Below are positions 18,490 to 27,307 of a stretch of DNA of 56,938 bases, one piece after another (position 1 is the stretch's first letter; every line of letters begins with the position of its first letter). This DNA comes from a virus (taxonomy: Duplodnaviria; Caudoviricetes). The position numbers and the translations under genes are program-made. Under the pieces are notes generated by a model that was not told where the DNA came from, did no database searches, and saw only the letters and a program-made list of their open reading frames with translations. Where the stretch lies: positions 1 to 56,938 of the IMG/VR virus record IMGVR_UViG_3300033067_000643. One strand, written 5' to 3'.

Positions 18490-19045
18490 TTCGCTTCCCT
18501 TTCTTCGTGGTCTTAATCCCCAGCACCGTGTCCGCCGCTTCTCTTTGCGCTTGATTCGCTGGCTCGCAGATTCCTTCGGCTACGAGTCCTAAGCGATATA
18601 GGCCGTAGGCGTCGAACTCATCGTCACTCTGGAATGTCACCCCGTAGTCCTTGGACAAGTGAGAAATGACGCCAACCTTTTTTCCCTTCCCCGTTCCAGT
18701 GACAAACTTCTTCAGAGTCGTAGGCGCCACCTCAAAAATCGAGTTGCTTTGCTTCAGCAACCGCTGCCGAAGGATGCCGCCGAACTCCGCAGAGAACTTG
18801 GCATTGGCATCGTTTGAACCATAGCTGTACGCCTCAATGAATACCGCCAAGATGCGTCCAGACTTCGATGTGGCCCAAAATAGAATGTCATCCGCAAGCC
18901 GTTCGTACCGCGTCACCCTTTCGCGCACGCTCTTGCCAAGGTTGGCTGAGCCAAAGGTTTTTATTTCGCACCAAAGCCCATCGCCAACAACAACCGCCGT
19001 GTTGGTAAGTGACGGGTCTACCGCCAGAACTGCTACTCCATTCAT
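18479..19045 (-). CDS. RuvC-like Holliday junction resolvase
   Basis: LAVDPSLTNTA, VFIEAY, PTTLKKFVTGTG, DDEFDAY. Confidence 0.88.
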   Translation of the reverse strand: MNGVAVLAVDPSLTNTAVVVGDGLWCEIKTFGSANLGKSVRERVTRYERLADDILFWATSKSGRILAVFIEAYSYGSNDANAKFSAEFGGILRQRLLKQSNSIFEVAPTTLKKFVTGTGKGKKVGVISHLSKDYGVTFQSDDEFDAYGLYRLGLVAEGICEPANQAQREAADTVLGIKTTKKGKRNGK

Positions 19046-19091
19046 TCCTGTGCTCTCCCTCTCTCGTTAGGTCGCCCGACTAGGCCCGCGG

Positions 19092-19910
19092 CTAGTACGC
19101 AAACTCCGTGACGCCGTGCTGAGCTACATGCTTCATCATGTAAGTATTCAATCGGTCCACGCCCTCTTGCGTGTTGCCTGCAAACTCGTCGTCGCCTTCC
19201 CGGTGATACCACGTCAACCATTGCTGGTCGTTGTAGATAATGGGCTCGTCTCGCACGCCGTCACGCTTTCGCCAGTCGCGTTTGGAGTAGGCGTCGTAGG
19301 CGTCCCCCGCGAAGCAGTTGCAGCGGACCATCGTGGAATAGCAACCGTGCTCCGGCGTGAGCTTCCCGAGCTTCGCCAGGTGCATCGAATCCGCCGCCCA
19401 ACATTTCACCAAACCCCGGTCCTGGCAAAGCGGGCAGCGGTGTCTGGGCTCATCTTCGGGGTCGCCGGGGTAGAGTTCACGACTCGCAGCACCGATTGAC
19501 TTCCCGGTCTTGGCAGCGTGCTCTTGCACCTTGACGGCCATGTCCCAAAGGCTTTCCTTCATCGGCTTCAGCAGGTTCATCGGCAAGGCTTGGTCGAGCG
19601 GGTTTCGTGGCATGGCTTCGGCAATCCGCTGACGCTTCACCTTGTCGCAGCACTTCGCCACGAACACCGGAATTTCGTGCTCTTTGAAATCCGCTGGCGG
19701 CTGAAACCCTTCGACGCGGTGGAGCATTCGCCGGGTAACTTCGTGGGCGTCTGCCAGTTCGACAGTTGCTAGCTCCCTTTGCCAAACGCCTAGCACGCGA
19801 ACCACTGCGGCCCCGTCATCGTTCCGGCCAAGGTCGTCGATGAACTTGCCAACCCTCGGGAAGCTGGCGAAGTAGTTTTCGCTCCATTCGTTGAACTCGG
19901 TGCCATTCAT
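19092..19910 (-). CDS. Replication accessory protein (helicase loader/inhibitor-like N-terminus, Zn finger)
   Basis: Coupled to the initiator; W...L..V...PP motif; CPLCQD.G...RCNC. Confidence 0.55.
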   Translation of the reverse strand: MNGTEFNEWSENYFASFPRVGKFIDDLGRNDDGAAVVRVLGVWQRELATVELADAHEVTRRMLHRVEGFQPPADFKEHEIPVFVAKCCDKVKRQRIAEAMPRNPLDQALPMNLLKPMKESLWDMAVKVQEHAAKTGKSIGAASRELYPGDPEDEPRHRCPLCQDRGLVKCWAADSMHLAKLGKLTPEHGCYSTMVRCNCFAGDAYDAYSKRDWRKRDGVRDEPIIYNDQQWLTWYHREGDDEFAGNTQEGVDRLNTYMMKHVAQHGVTEFAY

Positions 19911-20644
19911 GGTGATTTCTCCGCGATCTGTGCTAAAGCTCTAGAAAGGTTGCTGCCGGCAGGTTTGCTTGGTGCGGCCCGAGAGGGCTGCGAGTAGTCG
20001 GAGTTCTCCCAGCCCCGCACAGCGGCCTTCCAATCCTTCATTGGATTGCGACCGACCTTCCAGCCGTTGGCGGTGTAGTAATCGAACCACTTCTGGGCAG
20101 AGACGCCCGCGTTGCGCTCGGAGCAGTACGCTTGAACTTCTTCGAGAGTGGGGCGCTTGGAACGCACAGCCGCGACAGCGGCCGGTATATCCTCTCCCTT
20201 CCTATCCTCTCCTATCCCTTCCTTTCCATTCAGAATCGAATGGTCGTCGACCGTTCGTCGACTGCTCGTCGAATCGTCGTCGAATGTCTCCGGTTCAAAC
20301 GGCCCGTTGGCTTCTTCTGGGCCGGGCCAGCGGGTAGGCTGCGGGCGATCTATCTTCTGGTGGTCCCAACCACTTACGAAGAAATAGCGGTCTCCATCTA
20401 CAGCATAGGGAACGATCAAGCCAGCGTCAGCCAGCTCACCCATCAATGCCTCGACCGTGGCTGTTGTGATGTCGTCGTCACCGGGGAAGATGCACATCTT
20501 CAGCCGCTTGGCGGAATAGGGGTGCCGGCCCTTGTCGTCGCAGAAGTTCCACGTACCGACGAACAGTAGTCGAGCATTCGTCGAACATTCGACGACTCGC
20601 TCCGAGGTCCAAAACTCTGGCTTAATGCTACGAATCCTAGCCAT
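19907..20644 (-). CDS. Phage replication initiator protein
   Basis: MARIRSIKPEFW...ARLLF.G.W..CDD.GR; C-terminal PTLEEV..Y...F.DYY.ANGWKVG.NPMKDWKAA. Confidence 0.88.
   Translation of the reverse strand: MARIRSIKPEFWTSERVVECSTNARLLFVGTWNFCDDKGRHPYSAKRLKMCIFPGDDDITTATVEALMGELADAGLIVPYAVDGDRYFFVSGWDHQKIDRPQPTRWPGPEEANGPFEPETFDDDSTSSRRTVDDHSILNGKEGIGEDRKGEDIPAAVAAVRSKRPTLEEVQAYCSERNAGVSAQKWFDYYTANGWKVGRNPMKDWKAAVRGWENSDYSQPSRAAPSKPAGSNLSRALAQIAEKSP
20244..20283. repeat. Putative origin iterons
   Basis: TCGTCGA at 20244, 20255, 20266 and 20277 (11-bp period) inside the initiator gene, as in lambda O. Confidence 0.7.
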
Positions 20645-20705
20645 CGCAACCGGCCTCCTTGACCGACTCCCTTTCCTCACCGCTTTGGCCGCCGTGGCCC
20701 CGAAC

Positions 20706-20912
20706 CTAACGACTCAACTTCCAAACCGCCTCGCGTCTCTTCTTCCCCATCACGAACCCCGCCCGCTGCACCTCTCCACGACGCCAGAGACGACACCTTG
20801 CGCCCCTCACGGTACTTGGCCTCACATCGTCTAAGAGCTGCTCTAAGGCTTTGTCTGTGAGACGGTCGAAGGCTAAGAGCAGGTAGCGGATGCGGGTGGT
20901 GGGTGGGGTCAT
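20706..20912 (-). CDS. Small winged-HTH-like protein
   Basis: LTD.EL....PSTVR.AR..L...G.V pattern; ATGA coupling. Confidence 0.6.
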   Translation of the reverse strand: MTPPTTRIRYLLLAFDRLTDKALEQLLDDVRPSTVRGARCRLWRRGEVQRAGFVMGKKRREAVWKLSR

Positions 20913-21292
20913 GGGTCGGACTCCCTGATTCGCTCGGGCTCGCCAGGAACATTTGCAGACTTCCACGCGTCTCGAATTGTGTTCACGTCCACGCCGTCTA
21001 GCTCGATGACGTGCTTGGATGGTGGCTCTCCCCAACACCATTCGTGCGGCATGAGCGGACGAATGATGGCGACCGTATCAATCAACGCCTCTTCAGATTT
21101 TCGTAGCTGTTCGATGACGCCTTCCGCATTCTCAACCGATTGTGATAGCGTCTCGCTGGTTAGTCCGGATGATTCATCGAGCCACATTTGGAACAACGTC
21201 ATGGCGCTACGGGCGCAGTCCAAGGAGAACTCTGCGTTTGCCAACCTGTTCTTCAGCCGCACAATCTCGGCCTGGAGTTCCTGTTCATCCAT
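20909..21292 (-). CDS. Hypothetical protein
   Basis: Coiled-coil-rich ORF. Confidence 0.6.
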   Translation of the reverse strand: MDEQELQAEIVRLKNRLANAEFSLDCARSAMTLFQMWLDESSGLTSETLSQSVENAEGVIEQLRKSEEALIDTVAIIRPLMPHEWCWGEPPSKHVIELDGVDVNTIRDAWKSANVPGEPERIRESDP

Positions 21293-21333
21293 CCGTGTAT
21301 CCCCCGCCCTAGTGGCGACCCCCGGTTATCGTG

Positions 21334-21825
21334 TTAGTCCAGTGAATCAAACGGCACCCTACCCAAGAGCAGGCAGAGCCGCAGCCAGTCAGTTTCGTGT
21401 CGCTCGTACTGCCACTTAGCACGCCACAGGAACTGGTACGCAGACGGTTGGCTTTGAACAATTTCGTGGCAGTTGTGGCACAGGCTGATTAAGTTGCATG
21501 GCTCGTCGCTTCGCCCCTTCGACCCGCCCGTTAAATGGTGCGGTTCTCTCTGGGTTCTGTTTTTGCACCGACGACAAATCCCGAACGTCGCGTAGAATGT
21601 CGCCACGGACGGATTGACCACCCGCTTGAACGGCAGCAGCTTCGCCGTGGCAAACGCCGCTCCGACTTGATCGAAGTAGACGCCCTTGCCATCTTGATAT
21701 CTTTGCTTTGCCATCTGTCGTCTAGCCTTGTGCCTGGGGCTCTTCTTGTTGATTGGCTTGCGTGGCTTCGTGAACGTGCTGTACTGGCCGGGGACTTGCT
21801 TGCGCTTGATGCCTGTCCGTTTCAT
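21334..21825 (-). CDS. HNH-like nuclease
   Basis: MKRT.IKRK start; CRRC..PHHL..NLISLCHNCH. Confidence 0.75.
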   Translation of the reverse strand: MKRTGIKRKQVPGQYSTFTKPRKPINKKSPRHKARRQMAKQRYQDGKGVYFDQVGAAFATAKLLPFKRVVNPSVATFYATFGICRRCKNRTQREPHHLTGGSKGRSDEPCNLISLCHNCHEIVQSQPSAYQFLWRAKWQYERHETDWLRLCLLLGRVPFDSLD

Positions 21826-22019
21826 ACCCGCCACACCAGATAGCCAAATTCATCCCGAGATACCCGATACCGCTTCCCGTCCGTCGATACCTTGAATTCG
21901 CCGTTTTCGTTCAATGCCGTTCGCTTAGCACCTGGTGCAAAGCAGTGCCGACAGAACCAGTTAGCCGCTTGCTCTGGAGTCATGCTCAGGTTCTTTATTT
22001 CCGCTGTAACCGTTTGCAT
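21822..22019 (-). CDS. Hypothetical protein
   Basis: GGAGG RBS, coupled. Confidence 0.55.
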   Translation of the reverse strand: MQTVTAEIKNLSMTPEQAANWFCRHCFAPGAKRTALNENGEFKVSTDGKRYRVSRDEFGYLVWRV

Positions 22020-22022
22020 CGC

Positions 22023-22232
22023 TCACCCTCCGTGTTTGACGCTCGCTTCAATCCGTGCCACCGTTTCGCACATATGCCCCATAGAGAACCGCTGACCACC
22101 GTCCCACTTCCAAAGGTTCGCTGCGTCGTAGACAATGACGATGGTGAAGCCGTGGAAGTCGATTTCTACGCGGTGCTTGTTAAGCAGTTTCTTCTTCCGC
22201 AGTCGTTGCAGTAGGCCCATGATGGCTCGCAT
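22023..22232 (-). CDS. Hypothetical protein
   Basis: Short ORF in the operon. Confidence 0.5.
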   Translation of the reverse strand: MRAIMGLLQRLRKKKLLNKHRVEIDFHGFTIVIVYDAANLWKWDGGQRFSMGHMCETVARIEASVKHGG

Positions 22233-22521
22233 CCTTTGCGCTGGTGGTTTCCTTGGGGGTAAGAGCGGCTAGAGCGGATTCGATTTGCAAGTACAGTTCT
22301 GTTGATATGTCGGACCACATCGCTTTTGCCATCGCTTCGCGGCACCGTTCAATTGCTCCCTCTGGGTCTTCGATCCCTTCACAGGCGCGGACACAGGCGT
22401 TGATGCGAGATTCAAAGGATTTGAGTTCTGCGACCTTGGCTGGGTCCGCGAAGTAACCGTCGTAGACCACGCTGCCCTGTACGGCCTTAATTGCTTGCCG
22501 GTACTTTTCGATTGCATCCAT
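22180..22521 (-). CDS. Hypothetical protein
   Basis: RI.ACV.ACEGI motif common in phages. Confidence 0.65.
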   Translation of the reverse strand: MDAIEKYRQAIKAVQGSVVYDGYFADPAKVAELKSFESRINACVRACEGIEDPEGAIERCREAMAKAMWSDISTELYLQIESALAALTPKETTSAKDASHHGPTATTAEEETA

Positions 22522-22552
22522 CTGCTCCGCTGTCCTTTCGTGGTTGCCATAG

Positions 22553-22753
22553 CTACTGGAAAATAGTGGTAAAGAGCCCGGCCGTATATCGAATCCAAAA
22601 TCCGAATGCCAAGGCGATGCTCAACACGACGAACCCAGCCGTACCAGTCGGTTCTTCCGATTTCCTTCCGTTGAAGCAATGGTGGGTCAGAATTAAAAAG
22701 TGCAGTGCCATTGATGCCAAACAAATCCACTGGCAAGTCTCTTGGCTGAGCAT
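22553..22753 (-). CDS. Small two-TM membrane protein
   Basis: Two hydrophobic segments; AAAGGA RBS. Confidence 0.55.
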   Translation of the reverse strand: MLSQETCQWICLASMALHFLILTHHCFNGRKSEEPTGTAGFVVLSIALAFGFWIRYTAGLFTTIFQ

Positions 22754-22844
22754 GTTGAATCCTTTCGTGGTTGCTCCCCTTCACCTCCTCCCATGGCGCA
22801 TCGCGGACGACACGGCCAGAGGAGAGAGGCGAAAGGAGGACTCG

Positions 22845-23921
22845 CTACGTATTGGGGTGGGTGTCCATCAGATTCTTTTGGCCCTTACTTTTGGCGGCTA
22901 GCTTCGCCAATGCGTCACGGCCGACGCTGCTAACGATGTCCATTCCCTCTTGCGTCAGCAGGGAGTCAGGGCCGGTGGCTTGGTCGATTGCAATCCGAAT
23001 GCTCGCGGCGTCGCCATCTGCCAACGATTGCTTGATGTCCGACACGATGTCGTCAGGCGTGACGCTGGGCTCGGGGCGTGACTCGGGATGTTCTTCGGGC
23101 GTGTGCTCGATTCGTTCGGCCGGAACTTGCTTGGCGTGAACGGGCGTTGACAAGTCGAGGTGATCGTTGAGGCTCGACCGTTGAATCCGCTTGGCTGGTG
23201 TGCGGTCTTGGGTTTCGTATTGCTGGTCGTCTAACTCCGCGGCCTGCACAAATCCTGGGTCGTTGCAGTAGAGCTTCAAGGCTCGCCGCAGCACGGTCTT
23301 CTTTCGCATCTCGTCGGTATCGGTGACCCACGGCCCAGAGCCAGAAGCCTTCGAGCGATTGCGGATTGCGTCCAGGTCCGCCAGGCTCATCAAGTCATAG
23401 GTCCATTCGCCACCCGGCAGCGTCACCACGGCATAAGCCCCGAGCGGTGCGCCGCGATCTTGTCCGAAGTCCCACGTATGATCGAGCTGGCACTTGTCGC
23501 CGTGCCGTGCGTGCGTGAAGTGGTCGTGCTCGTAAATCATTCCCGAATAGCAATTGATAATCTGGCCCGAACGCTTGGCGACCACCACCAAGCCCATATA
23601 GGACGGTTGAAACTGGGCCTCTAGTTCGCCTTTCTTGCTGTTGAAATAGCTCACCGCATAGCCGAGCTTGCCGTCGATTGGCAGGCCGATTTCAGCCCCC
23701 TTCAAGACCGCCGTGATGAACGAACTAGCCGAGCACTTGCGGAGCTGGTCCGATTGCGAGAACGTCATCAGTGCCCGCTTAACGAACCAGTCGGCCTGAT
23801 GCTTCAGCACTGGTGGCAGTAGCTCGCGGATGCCTTCGACGCGAGATAGCAACCCATCGCTGACTTGCTTCACCACGTTGCCGTTCGGTTCCGGTCGCGT
23901 ATTCTTTACTGCGGTACTCAT
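22845..23921 (-). CDS. recT: RecT-family single-strand annealing recombinase
   Basis: L..CS..S...A....A..GL, AQFQ.SY.GL...A.RSG, SGPW.TD.DEM.KKTVLRR. Confidence 0.92.
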   Translation of the reverse strand: MSTAVKNTRPEPNGNVVKQVSDGLLSRVEGIRELLPPVLKHQADWFVKRALMTFSQSDQLRKCSASSFITAVLKGAEIGLPIDGKLGYAVSYFNSKKGELEAQFQPSYMGLVVVAKRSGQIINCYSGMIYEHDHFTHARHGDKCQLDHTWDFGQDRGAPLGAYAVVTLPGGEWTYDLMSLADLDAIRNRSKASGSGPWVTDTDEMRKKTVLRRALKLYCNDPGFVQAAELDDQQYETQDRTPAKRIQRSSLNDHLDLSTPVHAKQVPAERIEHTPEEHPESRPEPSVTPDDIVSDIKQSLADGDAASIRIAIDQATGPDSLLTQEGMDIVSSVGRDALAKLAAKSKGQKNLMDTHPNT

Positions 23922-23923
23922 CT

Positions 23924-24760
23924 TTATTCGCTCTCCCATTCTGCGGACCTAAAGGCCCAGCCGGGGTACGTGACCGTCAGAACTTGTTTCGTCCATTCCG
24001 CCGCCCACTCGTCGCGTTCGTAGCAGACCGCCATGCGATCTATCAGCCGGCGATTCTCTTCCTGTCCCAACCTCAAAACTTCGCCTTCGATTTGGTACAG
24101 ACCGACTTCAAAGGTTTTCTTGCTGACTGCAATGAACAGGTGCGAGGCTTGTTCGCCGGTTCGCACTAGGTGACCCGCTCCACGCCAGGCCGCCGTGCGG
24201 TGGTAACCAAAGTTCAGGCACGAACGGAAGAACGATTCCGGCGAAGCGTCGTCGGTTGTTTTCAGGTCTAAGATGATGTTGCTGGTGAGCGTCTTGTCGG
24301 GCCGTGATTTCAACTCCAGCCCCGTCTCGTCGTCGGTCCATTTGAAGCTGTGCTCGACTTCTCCGGGGGCGTCGAGGAACTTGCGGGCCGCGTCGTTCGC
24401 CAAGACCGCTTCACGTATCCCAATGACCATCCACCAGTCTTCAGCCGGTACAATCTCTCTACCTTCATTCCTCAAGCAGAAGTCAGCGTGGGCTGTTTTG
24501 CCGATGGTGGTCCGCCTATCAATTCCCATCAGCTCGCAGACGTACTTGCTGGCCCAAACATCCGGCTCCAGAATCGCGGTGTGAACCCACGTTCCCATCT
24601 TCAAGGCTGGCGTAGGCTCTGGCCAAGGAATCGTCTTGGCGACGTACTGGCCGTAGTAAAGTGCCTGGCTCTTGCGAAAGCATTCCTTGCCGCTGTTGCT
24701 GATGATGTCGGTCGAGGCGTGGTATTCATCGGCGGTCTGGTTTAGTTCAATCGTTGCCAT
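23924..24760 (-). CDS. PD-(D/E)XK exonuclease (RecE/ExoVIII-like, DUF3799)
   Basis: EYHA, GT..H.AILEP, KSRPD, DLKTT, YH..AA. Confidence 0.9.
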   Translation of the reverse strand: MATIELNQTADEYHASTDIISNSGKECFRKSQALYYGQYVAKTIPWPEPTPALKMGTWVHTAILEPDVWASKYVCELMGIDRRTTIGKTAHADFCLRNEGREIVPAEDWWMVIGIREAVLANDAARKFLDAPGEVEHSFKWTDDETGLELKSRPDKTLTSNIILDLKTTDDASPESFFRSCLNFGYHRTAAWRGAGHLVRTGEQASHLFIAVSKKTFEVGLYQIEGEVLRLGQEENRRLIDRMAVCYERDEWAAEWTKQVLTVTYPGWAFRSAEWESE

Positions 24761-24767
24761 GATGCAC

Positions 24768-25757
24768 CTACAGAGTTTCGGCCAGCTTGCGAATCGAAAC
24801 GGCACAAGAGTCAATCAGCTTGGCGGCCTTAATCAATGCCGGGCGTGAGGCATCCGATAGGACCGGCGGTAGGCCAACGGTTTGGATGGCGTCAGCCAAT
24901 GCCAAGAGCTTTTCCTTGTCTGGCCGTTTGGCCTCGGCAAGCTGTCGCTCTTCTTCGATGCGAGCCGCTTCCGCTTTCGCGCGAGCCTCGGCTTCTTCAC
25001 GCTCACGCTTCAGGCGAGCTTCGGTTTCAACCTTGGCACGTTCCGCCGCTTCGGCTTGAGCCTTTTCCAATTCAGCCTTGCGAGCCGCAGCCGCTTGCTC
25101 GTCGGCAAGGCGTTTCTGTTCGGCGTCGATCTTGGCTTGCGCTTCCTCTTGGGCCTTGCGCTGGCGGTCCAGTTCCGCACGTTCTGCCGCAAGCTTTTCT
25201 TGCTCAGCCTTGAGTCGGGCGGCTTCTTCAGCGGCCATCCGTTGGCGTTCCGCTTCTTCCGCCTTAGCCTTCTCAAAGGCTTCGGTCGCACCAGCTAGGT
25301 CCGTAAGGAACTGCTCTTCGGTCATCGCTTCGGCGTGCTCGTACGAGACGAAGTAATTGACCGCAGCCAGCTTCGCCATCCGGTCGCCAACCATCTTCCG
25401 CTTGGCGTCGTCGAGTTCTTTCTTGAGCCGGGCCTTTTCTGCGGCAAGCTTGCCATCCTCGATTGCCAGGTGCGACTCGATGGGCTCGATGGCGTCTTGA
25501 ATGCCCTTGGCCGTGGCGTCGACCATCCGGCCGTATTCGAGCGACGCGGCCTTGAGTTCCTTGCGGCGCTTCTCCGTGGCGATCCGAGCACCCTTCACGA
25601 CGGTCAAGGCGTCATGCACCTTAGACAGCTGCTGTTTGTCCTTCAGGTCGGTTACAACCAGACCCAAGAACTGCTCGCGCCATTCGGCAATCTTGGCCGT
25701 GGTCACGTCATAGGCGATAACGCCCGTTGCGATTTCTTCAAACGCTGTAGCCATCAC
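24768..25757 (-). CDS. Coiled-coil protein upstream of RecE/T (DUF1351-like)
   Basis: EK.RKELK...L..G..VD..AK.I...IEPIE followed by an E/A/K-rich coil. Confidence 0.7.
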   Translation of the reverse strand: MMATAFEEIATGVIAYDVTTAKIAEWREQFLGLVVTDLKDKQQLSKVHDALTVVKGARIATEKRRKELKAASLEYGRMVDATAKGIQDAIEPIESHLAIEDGKLAAEKARLKKELDDAKRKMVGDRMAKLAAVNYFVSYEHAEAMTEEQFLTDLAGATEAFEKAKAEEAERQRMAAEEAARLKAEQEKLAAERAELDRQRKAQEEAQAKIDAEQKRLADEQAAAARKAELEKAQAEAAERAKVETEARLKREREEAEARAKAEAARIEEERQLAEAKRPDKEKLLALADAIQTVGLPPVLSDASRPALIKAAKLIDSCAVSIRKLAETL

Positions 25758-25849
25758 AATCTCCTTTCGGTTTAGGACTCAACTGTCCAATGATTTGGGA
25801 TAGTTCGTCTGGCTCATTGCGGGGCACCTTGCTACTGGGGGACGGGGGG

Positions 25850-26047
25850 CTAGACTCGTTCTGCGGCCAAGTCGATGATGCGATCTACACGCGGTGAAAA
25901 GGACTCCGCCTCCGACAACTCCCCGTCGATGAATGCGATCTCGTACATCGAGCGAAGCAAGCACACGGGCACACCGAGTGCGTGAACGTCGTTGCCGACA
26001 CGCTCCATCATTTCTGCGAATCCGGCATCCATCTTTGGGCTGGGCAT
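25850..26047 (-). CDS. Hypothetical protein
   Basis: TAAGGAG RBS; MPSPKMDAG start. Confidence 0.55.
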   Translation of the reverse strand: MPSPKMDAGFAEMMERVGNDVHALGVPVCLLRSMYEIAFIDGELSEAESFSPRVDRIIDLAAERV

Positions 26048-26057
26048 TGCTCGCTCC

Positions 26058-26303
26058 TTAGTCTGCGTTGTTGTGATGGCTGCGGACGGCTTCATACATT
26101 GCCGTGTCAAACTCTTGGCACTCCGACTTCCGCTTGACGATAAGGGCCGGGAAAACTCCGATGGCTTGCATCGAATCCCGCAGCATTCTGAGTGCGATTC
26201 CCGCTTGCTCAGCGGAGCAAAATTCCTCTTCCTCTGGCCCCCAGATGCGGTTGGCTTTAATCCGCTGGTTGTCTCGCATGTTCCAGATGATGTAGGTATC
26301 CAT
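26058..26303 (-). CDS. Hypothetical protein
   Basis: AAGGA RBS; MDTYIIW start. Confidence 0.55.
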   Translation of the reverse strand: MDTYIIWNMRDNQRIKANRIWGPEEEEFCSAEQAGIALRMLRDSMQAIGVFPALIVKRKSECQEFDTAMYEAVRSHHNNAD

Positions 26304-26591
26304 TGGGTCGGTTTCCTTGGCTCGCGTGTGCGGGGGGATATGCAATAGCTCAATCGACTCGCTGATCTTCAAACGCCTCGGCCAATTGCTCCAACGCAAT
26401 GCAAAGTTTGTCGAGTATTTCGGTCGATTTATCTGGGTTTGGATCACGGTCGATCAGGCCGCGTGCCTCGCTGATGGCGTCATAAAAACGGAATGTCAAA
26501 TCAAGCTTCTTCACAGTGTGCCTCACATGTTGTTTCGTCTCGCGCCGCTCGCATCCCTGCGAACTAAGCGCTCCTGCTCGGTCTACTCCAA

Positions 26592-26663
26592 GGTCGCGGG
26601 GCGGACTCGAACCGCCAACCTCCGGGTCGTCACCCAGGCTCTATCCAGTTGAGCTACCGCGAT
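26592..26663 (-). tRNA. tRNA-like RNA with a non-canonical anticodon arm (identity undetermined)
   Basis: ATCGCGG-TA-GCTC-AACTGGATA-GAGC-CTGGG-TGACGA-CCCGG-AGGTT-GGCGG-TTCGAGT-CCGCC-CCGCGAC-C; D and T arms canonical, 6-nt loop, no CCA. Confidence 0.8.
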
Positions 26664-26674
26664 TACCACAGGCA

Positions 26675-26833
26675 TCACGCCGCCTCTTTCAACAGCTCCG
26701 TTCGCATTACCTTCTCCGAATTAGGGGCCTGGATTCCTATGCGGACCACATTTCCCCGAATCTCGGTGATGGTAATCACCACGTCCTTGCCAATCCTGAT
26801 GGACTGCTTCGCCTTCCGTGAGAGAACTAGCAT
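26675..26833 (-). CDS. csrA: Carbon storage regulator CsrA/RsmA (52 aa, missed by the ORF track)
   Basis: MLVLSRKAKQSIRIGKDVVITITEIRGNVVRIGIQAPNSEKVMRTELLKEAA; family signature and RNA-binding Arg retained. Confidence 0.95.
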   Translation of the reverse strand: MLVLSRKAKQSIRIGKDVVITITEIRGNVVRIGIQAPNSEKVMRTELLKEAA

Positions 26834-26864
26834 CGTGCTTTCCTTCCGTGAAACAGGTAATCCG

Positions 26865-27221
26865 TTAAACCGCTTCCTTGACTAACGCCTGGCGGGCCGC
26901 GCAAATCGCACACGGCCGCAGCTTCACAATCGACTCACAGCCCTTGCACCGATACTGACCGACTTCATAGAACCCCATCAGTCGGCTGGCTGGAGCTTCA
27001 CTTCTTTGGCGTGGCGACTGAGCGCCACAGTCTTCCCTGAACCACCGCTGCACTGTCTCGCGTCTCAGCCCAATCTTTCTGGCTATCGCTTCGTCCGTGA
27101 ATCCTTCCGGGGATTTCCGCATCTCACGCGCCACGCCTCGCAAGCGAAGCAGCTCTGCGGCCTTGGCTTCTGGTGAAGCGTTCCTCCACTTCCGCGAGCG
27201 AAAGACTTTCGGTATTGCCAT
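26865..27221 (-). CDS. HTH plus Zn-finger protein
   Basis: TDEAIARKIGLRRETVQRW; RCKGC....PC.IC. Confidence 0.75.
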   Translation of the reverse strand: MAIPKVFRSRKWRNASPEAKAAELLRLRGVAREMRKSPEGFTDEAIARKIGLRRETVQRWFREDCGAQSPRQRSEAPASRLMGFYEVGQYRCKGCESIVKLRPCAICAARQALVKEAV

Positions 27222-27240
27222 TGATTCAACTCCGTTATTT

Positions 27241-27307
27241 AAAACCGGCTGGCGTGCAAGCTGTTGTCGCCCCAGCTACTACTCGGGGGGAATGCACGCT
27301 AGCCGGT
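27241..27307 (-). terminator. Long stem-loop or terminator at the end of terC
   Basis: CCGGCT(A/G)GCGTGCA arms at 27245-27258 and 27293-27306, followed by TTTT on the minus strand. Confidence 0.55.
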
